Source of the DNA: an uncultured Draconibacterium sp.
GTDB lineage: Bacteria > Bacteroidota > Bacteroidia > Bacteroidales > Prolixibacteraceae
Assembly (NCBI GenBank): GCA_963676265.2
Contig: OY781067.2
Location: 2,459,849-2,523,848, forward strand
Direction: 5' to 3'
DNA length: 64,000 bases
Positions within the stretch are counted from its first letter, which is position 1. Every line of letters starts with the position of its first letter. Shown in pieces: positions 21,925 through 31,576 of this stretch. The notes below the pieces were generated by a model. It saw nothing but the letters and a program-made list of their open reading frames with translations. It was not told where the DNA came from and did no database searches. The position numbers and the translations under genes were made by a program.

Positions 21925-22677
21925 ATGTTAAAGATAAAAGACTTATATGCATCCGTTGATGGGATGGAAATTCTAAAGGGAATAAACCTGGAAATTAAAC
22001 CCGGAGAGGTTCACGCCATTATGGGCCCAAACGGATCTGGAAAAAGCACACTTGCCAATGTACTGGCAGGCAAAGAAGATTATGAAATAACAAAAGGAGA
22101 GATTACTTTTTTAGGAGAAAACTTGCTTGATAAATCTCCTGAAGAACGCGCAAAAGATGGATTATTCTTAAGCTTTCAATACCCTGTTGAAATTCCGGGA
22201 GTACCAATGGTAAACTTTCTGAAGACTTCGGTAAACGAACATCGGAAACACAAAGGATTAAAAGAGTTGACAGCCGGTGAGTTCCTGAAGCTCATGCGCG
22301 AAAAGATGGACCTGGTTGACATGCATACCAAATTAACCAACCGTATGGTGAACGAAGGTTTCTCGGGTGGTGAAAAAAAGAAAAACGAAATTTTCCAAAT
22401 GGCACTTCTCGAACCCAAACTTTCTATTCTCGACGAAACCGATTCGGGTCTTGATATTGATGCGCTTAAAACAGTTGCCAATGGTGTTAATGCTCTAAAA
22501 TCGGCAGATACTGCCTCAATCGTGGTTACTCATTACCAACGGTTACTCGATTACATTGTTCCCGACTATGTTCATATCCTTTACCAGGGTAGAATTGTAA
22601 AAACAGCAGGAAAAGAATTAGCTCTTGAACTGGAAGAGAAAGGATACGATTGGATTAAATCAGAAAACGGAAATTAA
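21925..22677 (+). CDS. sufC: Fe-S cluster assembly ATPase SufC
   Basis: Walker A GPNGSGKST, signature FSGGEKKK, Walker B LSILDETDSGLD. Confidence 0.95.
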   Translation: MLKIKDLYASVDGMEILKGINLEIKPGEVHAIMGPNGSGKSTLANVLAGKEDYEITKGEITFLGENLLDKSPEERAKDGLFLSFQYPVEIPGVPMVNFLKTSVNEHRKHKGLKELTAGEFLKLMREKMDLVDMHTKLTNRMVNEGFSGGEKKKNEIFQMALLEPKLSILDETDSGLDIDALKTVANGVNALKSADTASIVVTHYQRLLDYIVPDYVHILYQGRIVKTAGKELALELEEKGYDWIKSENGN

Positions 22678-22678
22678 C

Positions 22679-24046
22679 ATGAGTGTATTAGTTGATAAAA
22701 CTGATTCTTCGTTAAAATATACCGCACATTACAACAAGGTAAAAGAAGAACTTTTCGAAGGCTCTTCCGAAATCCTGAACGAACAAAGAAATAAGGCGTT
22801 TCAGCAGTTCGTACTGCAGGGTATTCCAACGCGAAAAAACGAAGATTATAAATATACCAACCTGAATCCTTCCTTTTTCCCTGATTATGAATTCAAACAC
22901 AAAAAGGAAGAAATACATGCCAATCTGGGAGAAGTATTTCGCTGCGATGTGCCGCAATTGAATACAAATCTGGCGTTGGTTTTTAATGGCTGGTTTTACA
23001 AAAACAAAGATGAAAAAGGGAATCTTCCTGATGGTGTAATTCTTGACAGCCTGGAAAGTATTTCGAAAGAAAAACCAGAATTGCTCGAAAAATACGCCAG
23101 CATTGCAAATGTAGAAAACGACCCGCTGGTTGCATTAAATACAGCCTATGCAAAAGATGGATTCTTTTTATATGTTCCTAAAAATGTTGTTGTTGAAAAT
23201 CCAATTCAGGTTATTAACCTGTTGCAGAATGATAAAAATACATTCTCAACGCAACGCAATTTTATTTTAATTGAAGACGGGGCAAAGGCTCAGGTCTTAT
23301 TATGCGACCACACACTGAATCTTAACCAGTATCTGAACAACTCGGTTACCGAGATTTTTGTTGGCAACAACGCCGAATTCGAATTCTACACACTGCAAAA
23401 CCAACACAACAAAGCCACTAACCTTTGTTCGGTTTTTGTAGAACAGCAGAGAGATTCTCGTGTAACGACACACACTGCAACGCTTCACGGAGGACTAATC
23501 CGCAACAACCTGAAGGTGCTTCTTAACGGTGAAAATGCAGAAGCCAACATGTTTGGCATGGCCTTTATGGACAAAAAACAACATGTCGACAATTTTACCC
23601 AGGTTATTCATGCCAAGCCCAATTGCGAAAGCAACCAGGTATATAAAAATGTTCTCGACGAAAGTTCATCCGGAGCATTTGCCGGCAGAATTCACGTGGT
23701 ACGCGATGCACAAAAAACAAATGCTTTTCAGCGTAACAACAACCTCTTGCTTACCGACGAGGCAAATATGCAAACCAAACCTCAGCTCATTATCGATGCC
23801 GACGATGTAAAATGTAGTCATGGTGCTACAGTTGGACAAATCGATGAAGAAGCACTTTTTTACATGAGGGCACGGGGAATTGATGAAGATAAAGCACGCC
23901 TGATGATGATGAATGCATTTGCCCACGAGGTGGTTAAAGAAATAAAACTGGAGCCACTGCGCGACAGAATTGACGAATTGGTTGACAAACGTCTGCGGGG
24001 AGAAGTTGCCCGTTGCCACGACTGTGAATACCAATGTGACTGTTAA
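22679..24046 (+). CDS. sufD: Fe-S cluster assembly protein SufD
   Basis: ORF 22625..24046. The start is taken at ATG 22679 (MSVLVDK...), 1 nt after the sufC stop. The C-terminal beta-helix region is homologous to SufB (PQLIIDADDVKCSHGATVGQID). Confidence 0.9.
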   Translation: MSVLVDKTDSSLKYTAHYNKVKEELFEGSSEILNEQRNKAFQQFVLQGIPTRKNEDYKYTNLNPSFFPDYEFKHKKEEIHANLGEVFRCDVPQLNTNLALVFNGWFYKNKDEKGNLPDGVILDSLESISKEKPELLEKYASIANVENDPLVALNTAYAKDGFFLYVPKNVVVENPIQVINLLQNDKNTFSTQRNFILIEDGAKAQVLLCDHTLNLNQYLNNSVTEIFVGNNAEFEFYTLQNQHNKATNLCSVFVEQQRDSRVTTHTATLHGGLIRNNLKVLLNGENAEANMFGMAFMDKKQHVDNFTQVIHAKPNCESNQVYKNVLDESSSGAFAGRIHVVRDAQKTNAFQRNNNLLLTDEANMQTKPQLIIDADDVKCSHGATVGQIDEEALFYMRARGIDEDKARLMMMNAFAHEVVKEIKLEPLRDRIDELVDKRLRGEVARCHDCEYQCDC

Positions 24047-24138
24047 AACAAACTACGTAATATGAAATATTTGAAGCCAGATAGTTTTACTATTTGGTTT
24101 CTTTTTTTCTGAAAAACAATTTTAAGTACCTTCGTTTT

Positions 24139-25356
24139 ATGACTTACGATATCGAAAAAATAAGAAGCTACTTCCCCATTCTGAAAAAAGAGGTGTACAA
24201 CAAACCATTGGTTTATCTCGACACCGCAGCTTCGTCTCAGAAACCCATACAGGTGCTAATGAAAATGGAGCAGCTGCACAACGACTATTACAGCAACATC
24301 CACCGTGGAGCACATTACATGGCCGATAAAGCAACGGTTGAATACGAAGGTGTTCGCGACAAGGTTCAGGAATTTATCAACGCCGCGTCGCGAAAAGAAA
24401 TCATATTTACTAAAGGAGCAACCGAAAGTATTAACCTGGTTGCCAGCAGCTTTTGCGAAAAATTTGTATCAGAAGGCGATGAGATTATCGTGTCGGAAAT
24501 GGAACACCACTCGAATATTGTTCCATGGCAAATGGCAGCCGGTAAAAAAGGAGCCAGAATCGTAATGTTGCCATTCAACGATTCAGGAATCCTTGAAATA
24601 GAAAAACTTCCCGGCCTGATTAACGAAAAAACCAAACTCATAGCTGTTAATCATGTTTCCAATGTACTTGGCACAATCAATCCTATTGCCGACATCATAA
24701 AAATTGCACATAAAAACAATGTTGCAGTAATGGTGGACGGAGCACAGGCTGCACCTCATATCAAACTCGACGTACAAAAACTCGACGTTGATTTTTATGC
24801 CTTTTCTGCGCACAAAATGTATGGTCCTAACGGAGTTGGCGTATTGTACGGAAAAGAAAAGTGGCTGGATGAAATACCTCCATATCAGGGAGGTGGCCAA
24901 ATGATTTCGGAGGTTACATTCGAAGGTACAACCTTTAATGAGCTTCCTTATAAATTTGAAGCCGGCACACCCAACATTACAAGTCTGGCAGCATTTGGAG
25001 CTGCAATTGATTTTGTAAATGAAATCGGGTTGGAGAATATTGCAAAAAATGAACAAGAACTATTAGCCTATGCCACTTCGAAACTGAAAGAAACAGAAGG
25101 AGTCACCATTTATGGAGAAGCGCCAGATAAATCGGGAGTGGTATCATTTAATATTGAAGGAATCCACTTTTACGACCTGGGAATGATGATAGACAAAATG
25201 GGTATTGCCATCCGTACCGGACACCATTGTGCCGACCCAATTATGAAACATTTTGGAATACAGGGATGTGCAAGAATCTCGTTCGGGATGTATAATACCA
25301 AAGAAGAAATCGACAAATTTATGGAGGCTCTAGCCAAAGTGAGGATGCTGTTTTAA
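24139..25356 (+). CDS. sufS: Cysteine desulfurase, SufS subfamily
   Basis: The start is taken at ATG 24139 (MTYDIEKIRSYFP). PLP lysine context FSAHKMYGPNGVG; active-site loop RTGHHCA. Confidence 0.93.
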   Translation: MTYDIEKIRSYFPILKKEVYNKPLVYLDTAASSQKPIQVLMKMEQLHNDYYSNIHRGAHYMADKATVEYEGVRDKVQEFINAASRKEIIFTKGATESINLVASSFCEKFVSEGDEIIVSEMEHHSNIVPWQMAAGKKGARIVMLPFNDSGILEIEKLPGLINEKTKLIAVNHVSNVLGTINPIADIIKIAHKNNVAVMVDGAQAAPHIKLDVQKLDVDFYAFSAHKMYGPNGVGVLYGKEKWLDEIPPYQGGGQMISEVTFEGTTFNELPYKFEAGTPNITSLAAFGAAIDFVNEIGLENIAKNEQELLAYATSKLKETEGVTIYGEAPDKSGVVSFNIEGIHFYDLGMMIDKMGIAIRTGHHCADPIMKHFGIQGCARISFGMYNTKEEIDKFMEALAKVRMLF

Positions 25357-25366
25357 GCCCAAAACA

Positions 25367-25606
25367 TTACTCCTGTTTTTCTTCTTTCAAAGTTTGATCC
25401 TTCTCGTTTTCTGACTTAGCTTTTTTTGGATTATTCACAAAAACATAACCGATTAATCCGCCATACAGCGTGCTCGTATGCCAATGAGATTGTATCGGAC
25501 AAGTGCCCGAGTTACATCCCACATAATAATAGTACGCGTAACCGGCTATCATTCCTACGATTGTGCCAACAATTTTCCACTTATATAATTTTACGAAGTC
25601 AGTCAT
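25367..25606 (-). CDS. Small membrane protein with CNSGTCPI motif (possibly DUF6132-like)
   Basis: 79 aa from ATG 25606. Two hydrophobic segments flank YYYYVGCNSGTCPIQSHW. The family name is from memory only. Confidence 0.45.
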   Translation of the reverse strand: MTDFVKLYKWKIVGTIVGMIAGYAYYYYVGCNSGTCPIQSHWHTSTLYGGLIGYVFVNNPKKAKSENEKDQTLKEEKQE

Positions 25607-25668
25607 TTCAGAATTTTTACACAAATAAAACCTTAGTTTTAGAACTGAAGTGTGACCTGGATTACAAA

Positions 25669-25699
25669 CAAAAAAATCCGGCCCATTTCTGAGCCGGAT
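25669..25699 (-). terminator. Intrinsic terminator after rubrerythrin
   Basis: The minus-strand RNA has ATCCGGC / GCCGGAT (7-bp stem, 10-nt loop) followed by U7. Confidence 0.75.
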
Positions 25700-25721
25700 C
25701 TTAATTCAATGTTATTAGCTA

Positions 25722-26297
25722 CTAATAATTTGTTTCCTTGATTTCAAAATAAGACTGAGGATGTTGGCAGGCCGGACACATTTTCGGAGCCACGGTTCCT
25801 TCGTGAATAAAACCACAGTTGCGGCATTTCCAAACTACTTTATCACCACGTTTAAATACCTTACCTTCTTCAATATTAGTATACAAAGTACGATAACGTT
25901 CTTCGTGAGCTTTTTCTACTTTGGCAATTAATTTAAAGGCCATAGCCACTTCTTTAAATCCTTCCTCTTCGGCAACTTTTGCAAATTCAGGATAAAGCTC
26001 AGTCCACTCTTCATTTTCTCCTTCGGCTGCTGCTTTCAGGTTCTCGAGGGTCGTTCCGATCTTTCCTGCAGGGTATGTTGCAGTAATTTCAACCATATTG
26101 CCTTCTAAAAATTTAAAGAACCTTTTGGCATGTTCTTTTTCATTTAACGCAGTTTCATCAAAAATGGCTGCTATTTGTTCTAATCCTTCTTTTTTTGCCT
26201 GCTTGGCAAAATAATCGTAACGCATTCTTGCCTGCGATTCTCCGGCAAAAGCCTTCAATAAATTCTGTTCGGTTTTTGTACCTGCTAGTGATGCCAT
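25722..26297 (-). CDS. rbr: Rubrerythrin
   Basis: ORF 25722..26327. The second ATG (26297, [13 protein letters not shown]) gives the usual ~191 aa. Ferritin-like diiron EXXH motifs plus a C-terminal rubredoxin CRNCG...CPAC. Confidence 0.93.
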   Translation of the reverse strand: MASLAGTKTEQNLLKAFAGESQARMRYDYFAKQAKKEGLEQIAAIFDETALNEKEHAKRFFKFLEGNMVEITATYPAGKIGTTLENLKAAAEGENEEWTELYPEFAKVAEEEGFKEVAMAFKLIAKVEKAHEERYRTLYTNIEEGKVFKRGDKVVWKCRNCGFIHEGTVAPKMCPACQHPQSYFEIKETNY

Positions 26298-26457
26298 ATA
26301 ATTGATTTTTTGAGTTATTTTGTTCATTAAAATTAATTAAAATTGACAGATCAGCCTCGTGCTGTTATCAATTTTGAAAGTTTCTTAATAAGCAGGGTAA
26401 TATCATTGTCAGAAATTAAAAAATTACGAACTTTACTGGCATTAAAACAGTTATTGT

Positions 26458-26880
26458 ATGACAATTGAAGAAGTTCAACAAGAGATAATAGAAGAGTTTT
26501 CGATGTATGAAGACTGGATGGACAAGTACGCTTATCTCATTGAATTAGGAAACGATTTGCAGGAACTTGATGCCAGCGATAAAAACGACCAGAATATTAT
26601 TAAAGGTTGTCAGTCGCGCGTTTGGCTGGTTGCAGACATGGAAGACGGTAAAATAAATTTCAAAGGAGAAAGCGATGCCGTAATAGTGAAAGGCCTTGTG
26701 GCACTGTTATTACGCGTTGTTTCCGGAAGAACACCAAAAGAGCTACTCGAAAACGAACTTCATTTTATAGATGATTTGGGCTTAAAGCAACACCTGTCGC
26801 CTACCCGGTCGAATGGATTGCTGGCCATGGTAAAACAAATTCATTTGTATGCTGTTGCATATAGCAAAATTACAGGATAA
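26458..26880 (+). CDS. sufE: Cysteine desulfuration (sulfur acceptor) protein SufE
   Basis: 140 aa; IKGCQSRVWL active-site Cys context typical of SufE/CsdE. Confidence 0.85.
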   Translation: MTIEEVQQEIIEEFSMYEDWMDKYAYLIELGNDLQELDASDKNDQNIIKGCQSRVWLVADMEDGKINFKGESDAVIVKGLVALLLRVVSGRTPKELLENELHFIDDLGLKQHLSPTRSNGLLAMVKQIHLYAVAYSKITG

Positions 26881-26891
26881 ACAGAAAAGCG

Positions 26892-27194
26892 ATGGATAAA
26901 AGAATCGATTTAATTATAAATAACCTGAAAGAAGTTTACGACCCGGAAATCCCGGTAAACATTTACGATTTGGGTCTCATATATAATGTTGATGTGGAAG
27001 AAAACAATGCCAACATATTAATGACCCTTACAGCACCGGGTTGTCCCGTGGTTGACATTCTGGTTGACGATGTTACGCAGGCCGCCAAATCGGTTGAAGG
27101 AATAGAAAATGTGAATGTGGAACTGACTTTTGAGCCCCCCTGGGATAAATCGATGATGAGTGAAGAAGCTCGCCTTGAACTGGGATTCTTTTAA
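26892..27194 (+). CDS. sufT: SUF-associated Fe-S assembly protein (DUF59/SufT-like)
   Basis: 100 aa; VYDPEIPVNIYDLGLIY and LTAPGCP motifs of the DUF59 family. Confidence 0.85.
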   Translation: MDKRIDLIINNLKEVYDPEIPVNIYDLGLIYNVDVEENNANILMTLTAPGCPVVDILVDDVTQAAKSVEGIENVNVELTFEPPWDKSMMSEEARLELGFF

Positions 27195-27224
27195 TTCTAT
27201 ATTTCTTCCCCACGTGGGGAGAAA

Positions 27225-27268
27225 AAAAGAGGCCGTCTAAAAACAAGTATTTTAGACGGCCTCTTTTT
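27225..27268. terminator. Bidirectional intrinsic terminator between convergent sufT and lon
   Basis: AAAAGAGGCCGTCTAAAA (27225-27242) / TTTTAGACGGCCTCTTTT (27250-27267), a perfect 18-bp stem with a 7-nt loop. Confidence 0.9.
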
Positions 27269-27284
27269 ATATATAAATTAATTT

Positions 27285-29738
27285 CTATTCAATCTTCATC
27301 GGCTTTTCCACCTTTGCTTTCAACATAGCTATATCCAACACATCCATAATAGTGCCAACAAAATGAAACTTCAATCCTTTCAGGTATGCGTCTTTGATAT
27401 CTTCAAGGTGTTTTTTGTTTTGTTCAGAAAGAATGATCTCGGTGATACCTGCACGTTTGGCCGCCAGGATTTTTTCCTTAATCCCACCTACAGGTAATAC
27501 TTTACCACGTAAAGTAATTTCACCTGTCATGGCCAGGTTCTTTTTCACCTTACGTTGTGTAAATGCCGAGGCGAGCGAAGTAACCATTGTTACACCTGCC
27601 GAAGGACCATCCTTTGGAATCGCACCTTCCGGAACGTGAACGTGAACGTTCCATTTTTCAAAAACCTCAGGTTTCAAATCAAGTTCTTCAGCGTGCGACT
27701 TCAGGTATTCGTGCGCCAGCATAGCCGATTCTTTCATCACATCGCCAAGGTTCCCGGTTAAAGTAAGTGCACCTTTCCCTTTGCTCAAACTGGTCTCCAC
27801 ATAAAGTATTTCTCCGCCAACAGCGGTCCAGGCCAATCCGGTAACCACTCCTGCAAAATCGTTGCCCTGATATTTTTCTTTAGAAAACTCGGTAACACCA
27901 AGGTATTCGCGAATATCTTCTTTGTTAAGTTTTTTATTGTATGCTTCTTCAAAGGCAATCTTGCGAGCAACACGACGAACAACTTTAGCAATTTTTTTGT
28001 CGAGTTCGCGTACACCACTCTCTCGTGTATAGCCATCAATTATTAATTCAATAACATCCTTTGAAAAACTAACATCTGATTTTTTCAGTCCGTGGTTCTC
28101 GAGTTGTTTTGGAATTAAGTGACGTTTGGCTATTTCAATCTTTTCTTCAACCAGGTAGCCGCTTACTTCAATCAGCTCCAAACGGTCGCGCAACGGAGGA
28201 GCGATAGTACTAAGCGAGTTTGCAGTAGCAATAAACATCACCTTCGACAAGTCGTAATCCTGCTCAATATAATTGTCGTGAAATTCTCCGTTTTGCTCAG
28301 GATCGAGCACCTCTAATAATGCCGAAGCCGGATCGCCGTGAAAATGTTTCGAAACCTTATCGATCTCGTCCAATATAAAAACAGGATTCGATGATTTGGC
28401 CTTCTTAATATTTTGTATGATACGTCCGGGCATTGCCCCGATATAGGTTTTTCGGTGACCACGTATTTCCGATTCATCGTGTAATCCTCCCAAACTCATT
28501 CGGGCATATTTTCGCCCAAGAGCTCTTGCCACCGATTTCCCTAACGAAGTTTTACCAACTCCAGGAGGGCCGTATAAACAAAGGATTGGCGATTTCATAT
28601 CGTTTTTCAACTTCAACACAGCCAGGTGTTCAAGCATTCTTTCCTTAACCTGTTCAAGTCCATAATGATCCTCATCGAGAACCTTACGGGCATGTTTCAG
28701 ATCAAAATTATCGCTGGTATATTCATTCCAGGGTAATTCAAGAAGGGTTTGGCAAAAAGTGTATTGAACCGAATACTCGCCGGCGGCAGGATTTAAACGC
28801 CCCAGTTTTTCTACTTCTTTCCCGAAAAATTTTGCAACGGCTTCTGTCCATTTCTTTGCCTTTGCCTTTTCTTTTAAAGCGTTAATTTCCTGTTCAACAG
28901 GATTACCACCCAGTTCATCCTGGATGGTTTTCATTTGCTGATTTAACATGAACTCGCGTTGCTGCCTGTCCATGTCGGTTTTCACCTTCTTCTGGATATC
29001 CTGCTTCAGTTCCAGCATCTGAACTTCCTTCACAAGAAAACTAATAGCCTGAACTCCCCTATCCTTCAGACTTTCAATCTCCAATAATCTCTGTTTATCG
29101 TCAACACTGATATCGGTATTGGAACAGATAAAATTAATAAGGAAGGTTGAGTTCTCGATATTTTTCACAGCGAATGTAGCCTCAGGCGGCACATTGGCTG
29201 AAAATTGAGCAATTTTAATCGATAAATCTTTCAAGGAACCTACTATGGCATTGAATTCATTATCATCTTCTGAGCTGGTATCATTTAAAGGATCGACCGC
29301 AGCTTTAAAATATGGATCTTCGCTTACAAACTCCCGAATCTGATAACGGCGTTTCCCCTGGATAATAACAGAAGTCGATCCATCGGGCATTTCCAGTACC
29401 TTTAATATTTCGGCAACTGTTCCAACCTGGTAGAGATCCTCTCCCCTTGGATCATCAACCGTATAATCTTTCTGAGCAACAGTTCCCAATAACTTGCTTC
29501 CGCGATTCACATCACGAATAAGTTTTAAGGAACGTTCGCGGCCCACAGTAATAGGTAACACAACACCCGGAAACAAAACGGTATTTCGTAATGGAAGTAT
29601 TGGAAGGACAGATGGAACATCCGTATTTTTTAAATCTTTATCGTCGCCGTCGGCAATAATCGGAAGAAAATCCGATTCATTATCCATCATACCGCTGGCA
29701 AATATATTTTGAAAAGCTGAGTTTTTAATTTTTCCCAT
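27285..29738 (-). CDS. lon: ATP-dependent protease Lon
   Basis: ORF 27285..29744 has a TTG first codon; ATG is at 29738. Walker [10 protein letters not shown] and catalytic serine context [11 protein letters not shown]. About 817 aa. Confidence 0.97.
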   Translation of the reverse strand: MGKIKNSAFQNIFASGMMDNESDFLPIIADGDDKDLKNTDVPSVLPILPLRNTVLFPGVVLPITVGRERSLKLIRDVNRGSKLLGTVAQKDYTVDDPRGEDLYQVGTVAEILKVLEMPDGSTSVIIQGKRRYQIREFVSEDPYFKAAVDPLNDTSSEDDNEFNAIVGSLKDLSIKIAQFSANVPPEATFAVKNIENSTFLINFICSNTDISVDDKQRLLEIESLKDRGVQAISFLVKEVQMLELKQDIQKKVKTDMDRQQREFMLNQQMKTIQDELGGNPVEQEINALKEKAKAKKWTEAVAKFFGKEVEKLGRLNPAAGEYSVQYTFCQTLLELPWNEYTSDNFDLKHARKVLDEDHYGLEQVKERMLEHLAVLKLKNDMKSPILCLYGPPGVGKTSLGKSVARALGRKYARMSLGGLHDESEIRGHRKTYIGAMPGRIIQNIKKAKSSNPVFILDEIDKVSKHFHGDPASALLEVLDPEQNGEFHDNYIEQDYDLSKVMFIATANSLSTIAPPLRDRLELIEVSGYLVEEKIEIAKRHLIPKQLENHGLKKSDVSFSKDVIELIIDGYTRESGVRELDKKIAKVVRRVARKIAFEEAYNKKLNKEDIREYLGVTEFSKEKYQGNDFAGVVTGLAWTAVGGEILYVETSLSKGKGALTLTGNLGDVMKESAMLAHEYLKSHAEELDLKPEVFEKWNVHVHVPEGAIPKDGPSAGVTMVTSLASAFTQRKVKKNLAMTGEITLRGKVLPVGGIKEKILAAKRAGITEIILSEQNKKHLEDIKDAYLKGLKFHFVGTIMDVLDIAMLKAKVEKPMKIE

Positions 29739-29892
29739 AAACAATAATTAATGACATTCTGTCGTATTCAGACTGTTTAATCAACAGACACAACTATTTG
29801 CAATAGCCGTGCCATTTAAACAGACTGAAAAGAAAGCCACTTTGTTCATCACATTTGACGAAAAAAACGACAAAATTGCATTTTTAGAAAAT

Positions 29893-29925
29893 AAAAAAGC
29901 ACCCGCCTGCTGACGGATGCTTTTT
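29893..29925 (-). terminator. Intrinsic terminator after rpmE
   Basis: The minus-strand RNA has GCAUCCG / CGGGUGC (7 bp including one G-U) followed by U6. Confidence 0.7.
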
Positions 29926-29943
29926 CTGTATCTTAAAGAAAAA

Positions 29944-30207
29944 TTACTTTTTCCTGTTTTCCATGTGCTTCCCGTAACGGCTCATAAACTTGTCAACACG
30001 ACCTGCAGTATCCACAAGTTTGGTTTTACCTGTGTAAAACGGGTGTGAAGTGTTTGAAATTTCCAGTTTGTAAATTGGATATTCAACACCGTCGATTGTT
30101 TCTGTTTCTTTGGTATCAACAGTAGAGCGGGTAATAAAAGTATGTCCGTTCGACATATCTCTAAAAGCTACCAGTCTGTATTCCTTTGGATGAATGTCTT
30201 TTTTCAT
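29944..30207 (-). CDS. rpmE: 50S ribosomal protein L31, type B (no CxxC zinc motif)
   Basis: 87 aa, MKKDIHPKEY...HPFYTGK signature. It lacks the CxxC pairs of the zinc-binding type A form. Confidence 0.9.
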   Translation of the reverse strand: MKKDIHPKEYRLVAFRDMSNGHTFITRSTVDTKETETIDGVEYPIYKLEISNTSHPFYTGKTKLVDTAGRVDKFMSRYGKHMENRKK

Positions 30208-30224
30208 TTTATCTGCTTTTTAAT

Positions 30225-30257
30225 GAATGGTTACATTCGTTTTTATGTAATCCATTC
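30225..30257 (-). promoter_or_regulatory. Hairpin in the rpmE 5' leader
   Basis: GAATGGTTACAT (30225-30236) pairs with ATGTAATCCATTC (30245-30257), giving a 12-bp stem with one bulge. It sits 18 nt upstream of the start codon and downstream of the predicted promoter. Confidence 0.35.
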
Positions 30258-30294
30258 TTATCGTTTTTACTTCTTTATTTCAATTTTCGGCCTG

Positions 30295-30325
30295 CAAAGA
30301 TAAATATTGTTTAGAACTTTCCAAA
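30295..30325 (-). promoter_or_regulatory. Bacteroidota-type promoter for rpmE (-7 TATCTTTG, -33 TTTG)
   Basis: On the minus strand, 30302-30295 reads TATCTTTG and 30325-30322 reads TTTG, with a 19-nt spacer. About 88 nt upstream of the start codon. Confidence 0.5.
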
Positions 30326-30360
30326 AACTTATCACATTTATTTCCTTATTAATTAAGTCG

Positions 30361-31533
30361 TTAATTAACCCCGATAAGTGCCGCTTTTACAACCTTTTTA
30401 GAGCGATCGAACATATAGCGCATGGTATAGTGTGTTTTGGCCTTTTTTGCACCGGTTGCTTCGTAAATGGCAATAATCTTCGGGTTAAAATCCCCGGCCC
30501 ACGATAATTCCACTTCGGTATAATGAAGGTGCGATTTTTTCTTCATAATTTGTTCCTGGTGCCAAAAAATGCCCGACTCAATTCCTGAACGTTGATATTT
30601 GGCATCAACACCCATTAAAATAATTCGTGTTCGGGTCATTGTTTTTGTTTTCTTGTAATACAGAAATTTCAGAATTCCCAACAAATTCAGTTTCCCGTTT
30701 AGTTTACGAAGAATTTGGTTGATATCAGGAATCATCACAAACATGGCGATGGGCCGCTCTCCATCATAGGCAAACCAAATCATTTTAGGATCGAGAATTG
30801 CTTTCGATTCTTTAATAAAATCATAAATATCTTCCGGATCGAGAGGTTTATAATGTTCGTGAGATGACCATGCACCATCGTAAACGGCACAAAAATCATT
30901 TACAAGCTTTTCAGTTTCGTTAAAATCGAAATGTTTGAACGTATATTGAGGTTTTTTAGCCACCCAACCGGCAATCTTCCAAAAACGCTCGGGGAAAGGC
31001 ACCGTGTAATCAAGATGAAAACTATATTGTTCGAAATACACTTCGAATCCAAAACTCCGAAATAATTTTTCGTAATAGGGCGGATTATAAGGCATTCCGT
31101 AACCCTGTGGCATAAAACCGTCAACCAGCAAACCATGATTAACGTAATTCTCACCAAAATTTACAGGCCCGTCAATGGCTTCCATGCCATGCTGTTTGTT
31201 CCATTTAACAGCCGCTTCGAAAAGCAGATTTGCTGCATCCTGATTATCGATACATTCAAAAAAACCACAACCTCCGGTAGGTTGTTCATAGGTTTTAGCA
31301 AGGTTAAAATTGATGAAGGCAGCAATTCTTCCTATTACGTTTTGTTCCTCATCAAGCAAAATCCAGCGAATAGCATTTCCGTTTTTAAAACTTTTGTTTT
31401 TCTGAGGATCGAAGATTGCTTCAATCATTCCTTCAAGGGGCGCTGCCCAATTCTTATCTCCAGCATAAATTTTATGTGGAATCTGATGAAAAAAACTTCT
31501 GGTCCTTTTATCTGTAACCTCTACTAGTTGCAT
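30361..31533 (-). CDS. Acyltransferase-like protein of unknown function (possibly GNAT-related), paralog 1
   Basis: The start is taken at ATG 31533 (MQLVEVTDKRT) by alignment with the neighbouring paralog. Shared blocks: RIAAF, EQPTGxCGFFECI, MEAxDGPVNF, GMPYNPxYY, RFWKIAGWVA, MSWxGDFNPK. Function is not established from sequence. Confidence 0.6.
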   Translation of the reverse strand: MQLVEVTDKRTRSFFHQIPHKIYAGDKNWAAPLEGMIEAIFDPQKNKSFKNGNAIRWILLDEEQNVIGRIAAFINFNLAKTYEQPTGGCGFFECIDNQDAANLLFEAAVKWNKQHGMEAIDGPVNFGENYVNHGLLVDGFMPQGYGMPYNPPYYEKLFRSFGFEVYFEQYSFHLDYTVPFPERFWKIAGWVAKKPQYTFKHFDFNETEKLVNDFCAVYDGAWSSHEHYKPLDPEDIYDFIKESKAILDPKMIWFAYDGERPIAMFVMIPDINQILRKLNGKLNLLGILKFLYYKKTKTMTRTRIILMGVDAKYQRSGIESGIFWHQEQIMKKKSHLHYTEVELSWAGDFNPKIIAIYEATGAKKAKTHYTMRYMFDRSKKVVKAALIGVN

Positions 31534-31576
31534 ATATTTTTTCGCTGTTTTCAGTATGAAACAAAAAAACAACTTT

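Noticed and set aside
27208-27219. Perfect 12-bp palindrome CCCCACGTGGGG next to the sufT/lon terminator
   Set aside because: It is a short G/C hairpin adjacent to a much stronger 18-bp bidirectional terminator. It most likely forms part of the termination region, and nothing links it to a regulator.
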